Under the pieces are notes generated by a model that was given only the letters and a program-made list of their open reading frames with translations, was not told the DNA's origin and ran no database searches. DNA of 62,171 nt, counting the filler. It is 5 parts of 5 records of this genome, joined end to end, with 100 filler letters (N's around TTAATTAATTAA, not from the genome) between each part and the next. Parts side by side here need not be neighbours in the genome. Positions count along the whole stretch, not along the records: positions 1 to 30,058 come from SRR2962707_1463; 4 more parts are not named here. The stretch is one strand, 5' to 3'. Positions 17,452-27,919 of this stretch are shown here, one piece after another. Every line of letters begins with the position of its first letter. Position 1 is the stretch's first letter. The translations under genes were made by a program, and so were the position numbers.

Positions 17452-19488
17452 ATGACCCCATTGGAAAGAATGCTTCGCCCAAAATCGGTCGCTGTCATTG
17501 GGGGCGGCAGCTGGTGCGAGAATGTCATCCGGGAGTGCCGGTCTATTGGATTTGACGGGTCGATCTGGCCGGTTCATCCAAATCGGCCTTCTATCGGCGG
17601 CCTTACCGCCTATCCGTCAATCGATGCTTTACCAGCGGCCCCAGATACGGCCTTTATCGGCGTGAACCGGCGCGCGACTCTATCAGTGGTTTCGGCTTTA
17701 TCCGCAATCGACGCGGGAGGTGCGGTTTGCTTTGCCTCGGGTTTCAGCGAAGCATCGGCAGAGCTGGAGGATGCCAACGCCTTACAAACCCAGCTTTTGG
17801 CAGCAGCCGGAGAGATGCGCATTTTGGGCCCCAATTGTTATGGCTATGTCAATGCGTTGGATGGAGTCGCTCTTTGGCCCGACGTCCATGGGATGACCCG
17901 CCAAGACAGCGGCGTGGCCATTATCTGCCAATCCTCGAATATCGCGTTGAACCTGTCCATGCAGCAACGCGGTTTACCCTTGGCTTACCTCATGACCGTT
18001 GGCAATCAGGCGCAGACCAATATGGCCGAAATCGCGGATGCTCTGCTTTCAGATCACAGGGTGACGGCCTTGGGGCTGCATGTCGAAGGGTTTGGCGATC
18101 TGCGGGCGTTTGAAGCGCTGGCTGCCCGAGCCGAACGGCTGGGCAAACCGATTATCGTGCTCAAGGTCGGCACCTCAGAACAAGCCCAAGCCGCAACAAT
18201 CTCGCACACCGCGTCTTTGGCTGGAACAGGGACCGGCGCAACGGCCTTTTTGCATCGTCTGGGCTTTGGGCAAGTAGGCACCCCATCTGAGCTTATTGAG
18301 ACCCTAAAGTTGATGCATATCACGGGAAAGCTAGCCTCAAACCAAATTGCTTCGATGTCATGTTCCGGCGGAGAAGCGTCTTTGATGGCTGATGCGGTGC
18401 TAAGTACTTCGCTGGCATTTCCAACGTTGAACTGCAAACAAAAAGACGGATTGCGCGCGGCACTCGGCCCAAAGGTCGCCTTAGCCAACCCCTTGGATTA
18501 TCATACCTATATTTGGGGCAACCAAGCCGCGCTGACTACCTGTATTTCGGCGATGGCACAGGGCGACATTGCCTTGACCCTCATTGTGTTGGACCTTCCC
18601 AGAACAGACCGGTTCACCGTGCCCGATTGGCATCTGGTTCTCGAAGCCGCTGCTGAGGCCGGTCAGACCTGTAAAAGGCCCATGGCACTTATATCCAGCA
18701 TGGCCGAAGGCATGCCCGAATCCTTTGCGCAAAAGGCTTTTGATCTCGGTGTGGTGCCTTTGGCCGGGATCACTGAGGCCCTTGTCGCAATTGATGTCGC
18801 GGCCAACACCCGTGGGGTTGCGCATAACTTACCCCTATTTCTTCCTTCGACCGTTACCAAGCCAAGGCTTGTGCCAGAAGACGCCGCCAAAACGATGCTG
18901 GCTGAATTTGGCCTGTCAGTACCGATTTCACGGTCTGTAACTGGAGTCGCAGCGGCCCAAAACGCCGCCAGCGATGTCGGCTTTCCCGTGGTACTCAAAG
19001 GTCTGGGGCTAGCCCACAAGACCGAAGCAGGCGCAGTCGCTGTGAACTTGACCACCCCGGATACGGTCCTGAGCGCTGCGCAATCCATGCCAACCAAGGA
19101 TTTTCTGGTCGAAGAAATGATCACCCCGACCACCGCAGAATTGCTGATTGGCGTTGTCTGCGATCCCGCCCATGGGTTTTTGATGACACTTGGCGCTGGC
19201 GGTGTTCTGACAGAACTTATGGTAGACTCAGTATCATTCCTATTGCCGGTATCCGCCTCCGAGATCGAGGGCGCTCTGCGGAAGTTGCGGATATTCCCTC
19301 TGTTAAACGGTTATCGCGGTGCGCGAAGCGCCAATTTAAGCTCGGTGATCGACGCCGCGTTGGCAGTTCAAGCTTTCGTTAAGGCCCATCGCGAGACCTT
19401 ATATGAGGTAGAGATAAACCCATTGTTGTGCACGCCCGACAGAGCCGTTGCAGCGGATGCATTGATCAGAATTGGAGACGCAGAATGA
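17452..19488 (+). CDS. NDP-forming acyl-CoA synthetase (acetate-CoA ligase family; butyrobetainyl-CoA synthetase-like)
   Basis: LRPKSVAV, LGPNCYG, SHTASLAG phospho-His, NPLD, AHKTEAG and EINPL ATP-grasp; ATG 17452. Confidence 0.88.
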   Translation: MTPLERMLRPKSVAVIGGGSWCENVIRECRSIGFDGSIWPVHPNRPSIGGLTAYPSIDALPAAPDTAFIGVNRRATLSVVSALSAIDAGGAVCFASGFSEASAELEDANALQTQLLAAAGEMRILGPNCYGYVNALDGVALWPDVHGMTRQDSGVAIICQSSNIALNLSMQQRGLPLAYLMTVGNQAQTNMAEIADALLSDHRVTALGLHVEGFGDLRAFEALAARAERLGKPIIVLKVGTSEQAQAATISHTASLAGTGTGATAFLHRLGFGQVGTPSELIETLKLMHITGKLASNQIASMSCSGGEASLMADAVLSTSLAFPTLNCKQKDGLRAALGPKVALANPLDYHTYIWGNQAALTTCISAMAQGDIALTLIVLDLPRTDRFTVPDWHLVLEAAAEAGQTCKRPMALISSMAEGMPESFAQKAFDLGVVPLAGITEALVAIDVAANTRGVAHNLPLFLPSTVTKPRLVPEDAAKTMLAEFGLSVPISRSVTGVAAAQNAASDVGFPVVLKGLGLAHKTEAGAVAVNLTTPDTVLSAAQSMPTKDFLVEEMITPTTAELLIGVVCDPAHGFLMTLGAGGVLTELMVDSVSFLLPVSASEIEGALRKLRIFPLLNGYRGARSANLSSVIDAALAVQAFVKAHRETLYEVEINPLLCTPDRAVAADALIRIGDAE

Positions 19489-20270
19489 CACAATCCCCCC
19501 TAAGGGTAGAGCGCAATGGCGCGGTGCTTGAGGTAACGCTGGACCGCCCAAAAGCCAACGCCATCGATCTGGTCACCAGCCGTATTATGGGAGAGGTCTT
19601 TACCGATTTTCGAGATGATCCAGACCTGCGCGTCGCCATTATTACCGGAGCGGGCAACAAATTCTTTTGCCCCGGATGGGATCTAAAAGCCGCTGCGGAC
19701 GGTGATGCCGTCGACGGGGATTATGGCAAAGGCGGGTTCGGCGGGCTGCAAGAATTACGCGGACTGAACAAACCCGTGATCGCGGCCATCAACGGTATAG
19801 CCTGCGGCGGTGGATTGGAACTTGCCCTTAGCGCCGACATCCTACTTGCCTCAGATGGGGCAAGTTTTGCCCTGCCCGAAATTCGCTCTGGCACGGTTGC
19901 GGATGCCGCCTCGATCAAACTACCGAAACGCATCCCCTATCATATCGCGATGGAAATGCTGCTGACCGGACGCTGGCTTGACGCCGAAGAGGCCGCCCGC
20001 TGGGGGTTGATCAATCGCATTGTGCCACAAGATCAGCTGATGACAGAGGCGCGCAAGCTTGCTGCCGATATCGCCGCGGGCCCACCCTTGGTCTTTGCCG
20101 CGATCAAAGAAGTTGTCCGCGAAGCCGAAGGCATGAAGTTTCAAGATGCCATGAACCGGATCACCAAAAGCCAGTTTGAAACCGTTGAGCGGTTATATCG
20201 CTCAGAAGACCAGCTCGAAGGCGCACGCGCCTTTGCCGAAAAACGCGATCCTGTCTGGAAAGGACGCTGA
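19485..20270 (+). CDS. caiD: Carnitinyl-CoA dehydratase / crotonobetainyl-CoA hydratase
   Basis: DRPKANAID, FCPGWDLKAAA, DYGKGGFGG, GGGLEL; ATGA overlap. Confidence 0.88.
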   Translation: MTQSPLRVERNGAVLEVTLDRPKANAIDLVTSRIMGEVFTDFRDDPDLRVAIITGAGNKFFCPGWDLKAAADGDAVDGDYGKGGFGGLQELRGLNKPVIAAINGIACGGGLELALSADILLASDGASFALPEIRSGTVADAASIKLPKRIPYHIAMEMLLTGRWLDAEEAARWGLINRIVPQDQLMTEARKLAADIAAGPPLVFAAIKEVVREAEGMKFQDAMNRITKSQFETVERLYRSEDQLEGARAFAEKRDPVWKGR

Positions 20271-20352
20271 CCCCAATTCCGGCCTTTGACGCGACACATC
20301 TAAAAGACCTGCCCATAGAAATATGGCCACACAAGACCCACCGGAGACACCC

Positions 20353-21276
20353 ATGCCATTGACCATGAACAAAGAGGTTTTCATCACCTGCGCGGTGACA
20401 GGATCGGGAGGCACTCAGGACCGCTCGCCCCATGTTCCCCGCAGTCCGAAGGACATCGCCGACAGTGCCATTGCCGCCGCCAAGGCCGGGGCGGCGGTAG
20501 TGCATTGCCATGTACGTGACCCCGACTCTGGCGCGCCATCACGGCGCCCTGACCTTTACCGGGAAGTGACGGATCGTATCCGCGACGCAGAGGTCGACGT
20601 GGTTTTGAACCTTACCGCCGGTATGGGAGGCGACATTTCCTTTGGCTCAACAGAAGCCCCCTTGCCGGTTAATCCTGCTGGGACCGACATGGCCGGAGCG
20701 ACCGAACGTCTGTTGCATATTGCTGAATGCCTTCCCGAAATCTGTACGTTAGATTGCGGGACAATGAATTTTGCCGAGGCCGACTACGTCATGGTGAACA
20801 CGCCCGGCATGCTGCGCGCGATGGGCGCGATGATGACGGAATTAGGCGTAAAGCCAGAAATCGAAGCCTTTGACACCGGCCATCTCTGGTTTGCCAAGCA
20901 ACTGGTGAAAGAGGGCATCTTGGATGCCCCAGCGCTGGTTCAGCTTTGCATGGGCGTGCCGTGGGGCGCTCCGAATGATCTCAATACCTTGATGGCAATG
21001 GTCAACGCTGTCCCACAAGACTGGACGTGGTCCGCCTTCAGTCTGGGACGGGATCAAATGCCCTATGTGGCGGCCTCTGTGTTGGCCGGAGGGAATGTCC
21101 GCGTTGGGTTGGAAGATAATTTGTACCTGGATAAAGGCGTGTTGGCGACCAACGCACAGCTGGTCGAGCGCTCTGTCTCTTTGATTGAAAACATGGGCGC
21201 GCGGGTCATTGGCCCTCAGGCTGTTCGTGACAGGTTAGGTCTGCAAAAACGGGCAGCACAAGGACCAAGCCAATGA
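20353..21276 (+). CDS. Beta-keto acid cleavage enzyme (3-dehydrocarnitine cleavage, CdhC-like)
   Basis: ITCAVTG, HCHVRD, PEICTLDCG, NVRVGLEDN; GGAGA RBS. Confidence 0.9.
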   Translation: MPLTMNKEVFITCAVTGSGGTQDRSPHVPRSPKDIADSAIAAAKAGAAVVHCHVRDPDSGAPSRRPDLYREVTDRIRDAEVDVVLNLTAGMGGDISFGSTEAPLPVNPAGTDMAGATERLLHIAECLPEICTLDCGTMNFAEADYVMVNTPGMLRAMGAMMTELGVKPEIEAFDTGHLWFAKQLVKEGILDAPALVQLCMGVPWGAPNDLNTLMAMVNAVPQDWTWSAFSLGRDQMPYVAASVLAGGNVRVGLEDNLYLDKGVLATNAQLVERSVSLIENMGARVIGPQAVRDRLGLQKRAAQGPSQ

Positions 21277-22706
21277 CCTCCTCTGCCCGTAAGGCGGCCA
21301 TTATCGGCGGCGGTGTCATTGGCGGCGGTTGGGCCGCTCGGTTTTTGCTGAACGGTTGGGACGTCGCTGTTTTTGACCCCGACCCCGAGGCCGAGCGAAA
21401 AATCAGCGAAGTGCTCAGTAATGCACGCCGTGCCCTTCCGGCCTTATACAATCGCGCCTTGCCTGCCGAAGGTGTTTTGACCTTTATCGATGACTTAACC
21501 CAAGCCGTCGCCGAAGCGGATTGGGTGCAAGAAAGCGTTCCGGAGCGGCTGGACTTAAAGCACAAGGTCTTAGCCGCAATATACGCCGCCGCGCCAAGCC
21601 ATGCTGTTATCGGCTCGTCCACCTCGGGATTCAAACCTTCAGAGCTCAACGCGAAAGGCGCACGGGCGATCGTCGCGCACCCCTTTAACCCAGTCTATCT
21701 ATTGCCCTTGATCGAGCTGGTTGGTTCTGCAGACGTTTGCCAAAACGCCGCTGATATCCTGCGCGGGATTGGTATGTTTCCTTTAACCCTGCGCAAAGAA
21801 ATTGATGCGCATATCGCCGATCGCCTAATGGAGGCCGTTTGGCGTGAAAGCCTTTGGCTGGTCAAAGACGGTATCGCATCCACCGAAGAAATCGACGAAG
21901 CCATCCGAATGGCCTTTGGTATCCGTTGGGCTCAGATGGGTCTGTTTGAAACATTCCGTGTGGCCGGCGGCGAAGCGGGAATGAAACACTTTATGGAACA
22001 ATTCGGACCTGCGCTGTCTTGGCCCTGGACCAAGCTTATGGACGTGCCCGAATTCAACGATGACTTGGTCGATCTGATTTCAAGCCAATCAGACGCACAG
22101 TCCGGCCATATGTCCATCCGAGAGCTGGAGCGCCTGCGTGACGATAATCTGGTCGGGATCATCCGCGCGCTACGCCAAAACAAGAGCGGTGCAGGAGGCG
22201 TGGTCAGCACGCATGAGGAAACCCTGCCGGATTTGGGCGAACGCGACGGACTTCCTGTGACGGTGCGGCGTCAGGTGCCGATCACCTGGACGGACTACAA
22301 TGGCCATATGAACGAAACCTATTACCTTGAGGCCGCGTCCTTGGCCTCGGACCACTTCATGGCAATGATCGGTGCCGATGCAGACTATATCGCATCCGGG
22401 AAAAGCTATTTCACGGTTGAAAACCACATCCGGTATCTGGATGAAATCCTTGCAGGAGATGAAATCACCATCACTTCTCAGGTGACATTGGCGGTCGGGA
22501 AAAAGCTACAGTTGTTCCAACGCATTTGGCGTTCTGATGGGACGCTTGCAGCCACCGTCGAAAGCCTGTTGTTGCATACAGACCTGAAGACACGGCGGTC
22601 CTGCCCGCCTGACGCAAAGGTGGCTGAAAAGCTTCAGGCCTATGCAACGGCCCATGGCGCAATGGACGCAGAGGGCAGCGGTCGCTTTGTCGGGCAGCCA
22701 CGGTAA
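21273..22706 (+). CDS. lcdH: L-carnitine 3-dehydrogenase fused to thioesterase (betainyl-CoA thioesterase-like)
   Basis: GGGVIGGGW Rossmann, QESVPE, SSTSG, HPFNPVYLLP; C-terminal WTDYNGHMNE hot-dog thioesterase. Confidence 0.92.
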   Translation: MTSSARKAAIIGGGVIGGGWAARFLLNGWDVAVFDPDPEAERKISEVLSNARRALPALYNRALPAEGVLTFIDDLTQAVAEADWVQESVPERLDLKHKVLAAIYAAAPSHAVIGSSTSGFKPSELNAKGARAIVAHPFNPVYLLPLIELVGSADVCQNAADILRGIGMFPLTLRKEIDAHIADRLMEAVWRESLWLVKDGIASTEEIDEAIRMAFGIRWAQMGLFETFRVAGGEAGMKHFMEQFGPALSWPWTKLMDVPEFNDDLVDLISSQSDAQSGHMSIRELERLRDDNLVGIIRALRQNKSGAGGVVSTHEETLPDLGERDGLPVTVRRQVPITWTDYNGHMNETYYLEAASLASDHFMAMIGADADYIASGKSYFTVENHIRYLDEILAGDEITITSQVTLAVGKKLQLFQRIWRSDGTLAATVESLLLHTDLKTRRSCPPDAKVAEKLQAYATAHGAMDAEGSGRFVGQPR

Positions 22707-22717
22707 AGGACCCCGTG

Positions 22718-22747
22718 AAAAAGCCCGCGCTATTTCTTTGCGCGGGC
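22718..22747 (-). terminator. Rho-independent terminator after gmaS
   Basis: Minus strand GCCCGCGC-9 nt loop-GCGCGGGC followed by TTTTT. Confidence 0.7.
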
Positions 22748-22824
22748 CAAATCTTAGCAGAATGGCGCTTCCATCCGGCTTCGAAAGGATGTGCAAGACT
22801 GGCTAGAAGGACAAAACACCCAAT

Positions 22825-24132
22825 TTAGATATCGAGGGTTGTGTCCCGTTCCCATTGCGAGAAATGCGTGACGAATGAATTCCATTCCTGCATTTTCATC
22901 TTGATGAAGGACGCACCAAACTCGGCTCCCATGGCGGCCTTCAGCTCCGTATCTTTGTCAAATTCCCGGATCGCATCCAGTAGGTTGAGCGGAAGACGTG
23001 GCGCATCTTTCACAAGATGACCTTCGGCATACATATCAATATCATAGCGCGGGCCGGGGTCCGCTTTGCTGCGAATTCCCGATAGGCCTGCCGCGATGAT
23101 CACCGCCTGCAAAAGATAGGGGTTTACCGCACCATCCGGCAACCGCAATTCAAACCGGCCGGGGCCCGGAACGCGCACCATGTGGGTGCGGTTATTGCCC
23201 GTCCATGTGACGGTATTCGGGGCCCAAGTCGCGCCGGACATGGTGCGCGGTGCGTTAATCCGCTTGTAGCTGTTCACGGTCGGGTTTGTAATCGCTGCCA
23301 AGGCCGAGGCATGCTTCATGATGCCCCCCAAAAACGTCATGCCTTGATCAGACAGGCCTAAGTCCTTGGACATATCCGCAAAGGCATTTTCTGTCCCATC
23401 CATGTTCCAAACTGAAACGTGGGCGTGGCACCCATTGCCCGTCAGACCTTCGATTGGCTTGGGCATAAAGGTCGCCCGCAGTCCGTGCTTTTCAGCGACC
23501 GATTTCACCATAAACTTAAAGAAAGAATGCCGATCCGCCGTCACCAGCGCATCCGCAAATTCCCAGTTCATTTCAAATTGCCCATTGGCATCTTCGTGAT
23601 CGTTTTGATACGGACCCCAGCCCAGATCGAGCATGTAGTCGCAGATTTCTGCGATCACGTCATAGCGGCGCATCACCGCCTGTTGATCGTAACACGGTTT
23701 TTCCGCCGTATCGGCTGCGTCTGAAATCGCATCTCCGGCGGGGGTCAGCAAAAAGAACTCGGCTTCGATCCCGGTTTTGACCCGCAACCCGGCGTCCGTC
23801 GCCTCAGCCACCAATTTCCGCAGAACATTGCGCGGCGCTTGCGCCACATCTTCGCCTTCCATAACGCAATTGGCCGCAACCCAAGCGACCTCGGGCTTCC
23901 AAGGAAGCTGGATCACCGTCGAGGGGTCTGGAACGGCCAGCATGTCGGGATGCGCTGGGGTCATGTCAAGCCAGGTGGCAAACCCGGCAAAGCCTGCCCC
24001 GTCTTCTTGCATCTCTGCAATCGCCTGCGCGGGGACCAGTTTGGCGCGCTGGCCGCCGAACAAATCGGTGAAGGAAATCATGAAGTATTTGACGCCCTTT
24101 TCCTGGGCAAAGGCTGCAAGATCCAGTGTCAT
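22825..24132 (-). CDS. gmaS: Type III glutamate-ammonia ligase / gamma-glutamylmethylamide synthetase
   Basis: RAKLVPA, GFAGFATW, DHEDANGQFE, ATFMPKP, GNNRTHM; downstream of mgsABC. Confidence 0.92.
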   Translation of the reverse strand: MTLDLAAFAQEKGVKYFMISFTDLFGGQRAKLVPAQAIAEMQEDGAGFAGFATWLDMTPAHPDMLAVPDPSTVIQLPWKPEVAWVAANCVMEGEDVAQAPRNVLRKLVAEATDAGLRVKTGIEAEFFLLTPAGDAISDAADTAEKPCYDQQAVMRRYDVIAEICDYMLDLGWGPYQNDHEDANGQFEMNWEFADALVTADRHSFFKFMVKSVAEKHGLRATFMPKPIEGLTGNGCHAHVSVWNMDGTENAFADMSKDLGLSDQGMTFLGGIMKHASALAAITNPTVNSYKRINAPRTMSGATWAPNTVTWTGNNRTHMVRVPGPGRFELRLPDGAVNPYLLQAVIIAAGLSGIRSKADPGPRYDIDMYAEGHLVKDAPRLPLNLLDAIREFDKDTELKAAMGAEFGASFIKMKMQEWNSFVTHFSQWERDTTLDI

Positions 24133-24174
24133 CGTTCTTCCCCTGATAGAGTTTTCTTTTTCGTCGTCCGCACG

Positions 24175-25506
24175 TTAGTAGCCACCTTTCCCCGGTATCC
24201 AATCTGTTCCGGCCAAAGGAACCCCCGCCATAGCGGCCGCTTCGATTGTCAAAGCGCAAAGGTCTTCTGGTTCAAGATTGAGAACGTGGTTGTGGCCACA
24301 AGCCCGTGCAATTGTCTGCGCTTCGAGCGTTAGAACTGACAAATAGTTCCGAAGCCGCCGACCCGCGGCAATCGGATCAAGCCGGGCCATCAAGTCTGGA
24401 TCCTGCGTTGTAATACCCGCCGGATCGCGACCTTCGTGCCAGTCATCATACGCCCCGGCTGTGCTGCCTAGTTTGTTATATTCGGCTTCCCATTGAGGAT
24501 CATTGTCGCCCAAGGCAATCAACGCCGCAGAGCCGATCGAGACAGCATCAGCTCCCAATGCCAGTGCCTTGGCGACATCCGCTCCAGAGCGAATGCCGCC
24601 AGAGACGACCAGCTGCACCTCGCGGTGCATCCCCAAATCTTGAAGCGCTTTGACGGCGGGACGGATACAAGCCAAGGTTGGCTGGCCGACGTGTTCGATA
24701 AACACGTCTTGCGTCGCAGCTGTGCCGCCTTGCATGCCATCCAGAACAACCACGTCTGCGCCTGCCTTCACGGCCAACGCCGTGTCATAATACGGCCGCG
24801 CACCGCCAATTTTGATATAGATAGGCTTTTCCCAACCGGTGATTTCCCGCAGTTCCAGAATTTTGATTTCAAGATCATCCGGACCCGTCCAATCGGGATG
24901 ACGACAGGCCGACCGCTGATCGATGCCAACCGGCAGGTCTCTCATTCCAGCCACGCGTTCGGTAATTTTCTGGCCCAACAACATGCCGCCACCGCCAGGT
25001 TTTGCCCCCTGCCCGACGACGATTTCGATGGCATCCGCCCGACGTAAATCATCTGGGTTCATCCCGTAACGAGACGGCAGGTACTGATAGACCAATTGTT
25101 TGGAATGGCCGCGTTCCTCTTCGGTCATACCGCCGTCACCCGTGGTCGTTGAGGTCCCGGCGGCCGTTGCCCCACGGCCCAGTGCTTCTTTGGCAGGGCC
25201 CGACAAAGAACCGAAACTCATCCCGGCAATTGTGATTGGAATATCAAGCTCAATCGGCTTTTTGGCAAACCGTGTCCCCAGTGTGACTTTGGTTTCGCAT
25301 TTCTCTCGGTAGCCTTCCAACGGGTAGCGCGACATCGAAGCCCCCAAGAACAGCAGGTCATCAAAATGTGGGACTTTGCGTTTGGCTCCGCCGCCCCGGA
25401 TGTCATAAATCCCGGTTGCCGCCGCCCGGCGGATTTCTGAATTTATGTCGTTGCTAAAGGTGGCCGACTGACGTGGCAAAGTTTGCGGCGTGGTTTTCTC
25501 AGTCAT
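24175..25506 (-). CDS. mgsC: N-methylglutamate synthase FMN-binding subunit
   Basis: RYPLEGYRE, AGMSFG, GQGAKPGGGG, RHPDW, DGMQGGT; ATG 25506 after GAGGG. Confidence 0.9.
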   Translation of the reverse strand: MTEKTTPQTLPRQSATFSNDINSEIRRAAATGIYDIRGGGAKRKVPHFDDLLFLGASMSRYPLEGYREKCETKVTLGTRFAKKPIELDIPITIAGMSFGSLSGPAKEALGRGATAAGTSTTTGDGGMTEEERGHSKQLVYQYLPSRYGMNPDDLRRADAIEIVVGQGAKPGGGGMLLGQKITERVAGMRDLPVGIDQRSACRHPDWTGPDDLEIKILELREITGWEKPIYIKIGGARPYYDTALAVKAGADVVVLDGMQGGTAATQDVFIEHVGQPTLACIRPAVKALQDLGMHREVQLVVSGGIRSGADVAKALALGADAVSIGSAALIALGDNDPQWEAEYNKLGSTAGAYDDWHEGRDPAGITTQDPDLMARLDPIAAGRRLRNYLSVLTLEAQTIARACGHNHVLNLEPEDLCALTIEAAAMAGVPLAGTDWIPGKGGY

Positions 25507-25516
25507 ATCCATACCC

Positions 25517-26200
25517 TCAATAAGCCGACGCGTTGTCGATGTTAAAATGATAGAGCTCCCGAGCCGAGCCATAGCGCTTGAACTCTTCTGGTTTGGCGTC
25601 TGCGCCTGCGCGTTCCAGCAAGTTCGCCAAAAGCTCGATATGTTCCGGTCGCATTTCTTTTTCCACACAATCGGCCCCAAGAGACTTAACCGCCCCCCGG
25701 ACAAACAACCGCGCTTCGTACAAGGAATCCCCCAAAGCATCTCCGGCATCGCCAAGAACAACCAGGTTGCCCTTTTGCGCCATAAACGCGGACATGTGGC
25801 CGATGTTGCCATGGACGACGATATCAATGCCTTTCATCGAAATCCCACATCGAGAACTGGCGTTTCCTTTGATGACCAACAACCCACCATGGCCTGTTGC
25901 GCCGGCGTATTGGCTGGCATCGCCATCGATCACCACGGTTCCGGACATCATGTTTTCTGCGACACCTGGCCCCGCCGACCCTTTGACATAGACAGAGGCT
26001 TGCTTGTTCATCCCACCGCAATAATATCCGGTAGAGCCTTTGATCGTGACTTCGATCGGGGCGTCCAGACCAACGGCAAGCGCGTGCGAACCACGCGGGT
26101 TCAGCACTTCCCAAGCGGTTTCCTTTGTGTGTTGCGACTGCGCTTGCAAGGACGCGTTCAGGCTCCGCAACTCTGTTGTCGCCAAATCAATTGTCTGCAT
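25517..26200 (-). CDS. mgsB: N-methylglutamate synthase GXGXG subunit
   Basis: GYYCGGMN, ENMMSG, RCGISMKG beta-helix motifs. Confidence 0.9.
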   Translation of the reverse strand: MQTIDLATTELRSLNASLQAQSQHTKETAWEVLNPRGSHALAVGLDAPIEVTIKGSTGYYCGGMNKQASVYVKGSAGPGVAENMMSGTVVIDGDASQYAGATGHGGLLVIKGNASSRCGISMKGIDIVVHGNIGHMSAFMAQKGNLVVLGDAGDALGDSLYEARLFVRGAVKSLGADCVEKEMRPEHIELLANLLERAGADAKPEEFKRYGSARELYHFNIDNASAY

Positions 26201-26201
26201 T

Positions 26202-27089
26202 TCAGCGCTCCCAGAAATAGACTGTTGCGGGTTCAGGTTCCCAAACCTTGGCGGTCTCAATGCCCGGCAAATCGACCAAAGCACGGTATTCGCTGCCGAA
26301 GGCGACGTAGTCTTCTGTTTCGGCTAAAACCGCCGGCTTGCAGGCAATCGGGTCGCGCAGAACGCCAAAACCGTTCTTGGTTCCGACAACAAAGGTATAA
26401 AACCCATCCAGATCACTAAGGCCCGCTTCTAACGCTTCACCCAAGTTTGCCCCCTCACGCATTTTCCACGTCAAATACGCGGCGGCCACTTCGCTGTCAT
26501 TCTGGCTGGAAACAGTCACGTTTTCCCTGGCAAGCTTGCGGCGTAATGTGTTGTGGTTGGACAAAGAACCATTGTGCACAAGGCATTGGTCAGATCCCGT
26601 TGAAAACGGGTGCGCACCATCTGTGGTAACCGCACTTTCCGTCGCCATCCGAGTGTGTCCGATGCCATGCGTCCCGGCCATTTCACGCACAGCAAAACGG
26701 CGCGCGACATCCTTTGGCAACCCAACTTCTTTGAAAATCTCCATGGACGTCCCGCCGCCCATCACGCGGATACCTTCAAACTTGTCGTTTAACGAAGACG
26801 TCAGGGTGTCCGCTTGCTCCAATGGCATCGAAATAACGGCATGAGTATCAATCGCCCGCAATGTTGCGCCCGTGCCCGTCTCTGCCAACCAAGCCGCGAC
26901 CAACGGAAAGATCGCAGCGGGATGATCGCTTTGAATTGTCAGCTTGTAAGCTTCGCTTTCCCCGTAGATCGCAAGACCTGCGCTGTCAGGTCCACGGTCG
27001 GTCATCGTAATCAACATATCCGACAACAGATCACCGAGCTGAGGTCGCAACCTATCCGTTTTGAGGAATAATCCGACAATCCCGCACAT
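26202..27089 (-). CDS. mgsA: N-methylglutamate synthase class II glutamine amidotransferase subunit
   Basis: MCGIVG Ntn N-terminus, RGPDSAG, GHTRMATES, HNGSLSN. Confidence 0.9.
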   Translation of the reverse strand: MCGIVGLFLKTDRLRPQLGDLLSDMLITMTDRGPDSAGLAIYGESEAYKLTIQSDHPAAIFPLVAAWLAETGTGATLRAIDTHAVISMPLEQADTLTSSLNDKFEGIRVMGGGTSMEIFKEVGLPKDVARRFAVREMAGTHGIGHTRMATESAVTTDGAHPFSTGSDQCLVHNGSLSNHNTLRRKLARENVTVSSQNDSEVAAAYLTWKMREGANLGEALEAGLSDLDGFYTFVVGTKNGFGVLRDPIACKPAVLAETEDYVAFGSEYRALVDLPGIETAKVWEPEPATVYFWER

Positions 27090-27145
27090 TCCAATCTCCA
27101 TCCTTGGCATACCGAACGCCCGCTCTGAGTCGGGGCTTTAGAATA

Positions 27146-27215
27146 TGCCTATCGTGAAAATATAGTTCCCCATAGGAATTTTCATATCATTGTAGGAAAA
27201 CCTGCCTCCCCGGAA
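27146..27215. promoter_or_regulatory. Array of candidate XRE-cupin operators upstream of mgsA
   Basis: 13-bp pseudo-palindromes TGCC-N5-TGAA (27146), TTCC-N5-GGAA (27166), ATCA-N5-GGAA (27186), TGCC-N5-GGAA (27203). Confidence 0.5.
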
Positions 27216-27268
27216 TAAAAATCGGAAGGCCTGCAAATTTTTTGTGCAACGAGGCCGTTAGAGCGCTG

Positions 27269-27919
27269 TCAGCCCGTCTGCGGATAGCTGATGATCGACA
27301 GATACCGGATCGGCAGGTCAATCAGCCCTTCTGGGCCATGCACCGCATCCGCGTCAAAAAACAAACTGTCCCCGGGTTCGAGGCGGAAAAGCTTGTCGCC
27401 ATGGCGATAATCTACCGTTCCGTCCAACATATAGATCGTTTCGATGCCCTCATGTTGAAAGGCCGGAAACACATCTGACTCGCCGGTCAGTGTGATTAAG
27501 TAAGGTTCCACGACCACACCGCTGTTATTCGATCCGATATGGCCCAAAAGGCTGTATTGGTGCCCTGCCCGCGTGCCAGAGCGTTGAACTTCGACTCCCT
27601 CGCCTGCTTTGACATGCATAACGCCGCGCGCTTCATCATACCCTTGAAACAAAGAAACCAACGGCACGCCCAAAGCGTTGGCCAATGTCTGAATGGTCGT
27701 CAACGAGGGGGACGTCGCGCCGTTTTCAATCTTGGACAGCATCCCGGCAGAGATCCCGGTTTTCTCCGAAAGCTCATTCACGGTCAGCCGTTGGCGTTTT
27801 CGCTGGGTTCGCACTTCGCGCCCAATGGCCAGCTCAAGATTGTTTTCCCGTCGCTCGCGAATTTTATGTGGATTTTGTTTTAGTGCGGCGAACTCAGGCG
27901 CGGATTTATTAACGGTCAT
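27269..27919 (-). CDS. XRE family HTH regulator with C-terminal cupin
   Basis: GISAGMLSKIENGATSPSL HTH; FQHEG...PGDSLFFDADAVHGP cupin. Confidence 0.92.
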   Translation of the reverse strand: MTVNKSAPEFAALKQNPHKIRERRENNLELAIGREVRTQRKRQRLTVNELSEKTGISAGMLSKIENGATSPSLTTIQTLANALGVPLVSLFQGYDEARGVMHVKAGEGVEVQRSGTRAGHQYSLLGHIGSNNSGVVVEPYLITLTGESDVFPAFQHEGIETIYMLDGTVDYRHGDKLFRLEPGDSLFFDADAVHGPEGLIDLPIRYLSIISYPQTG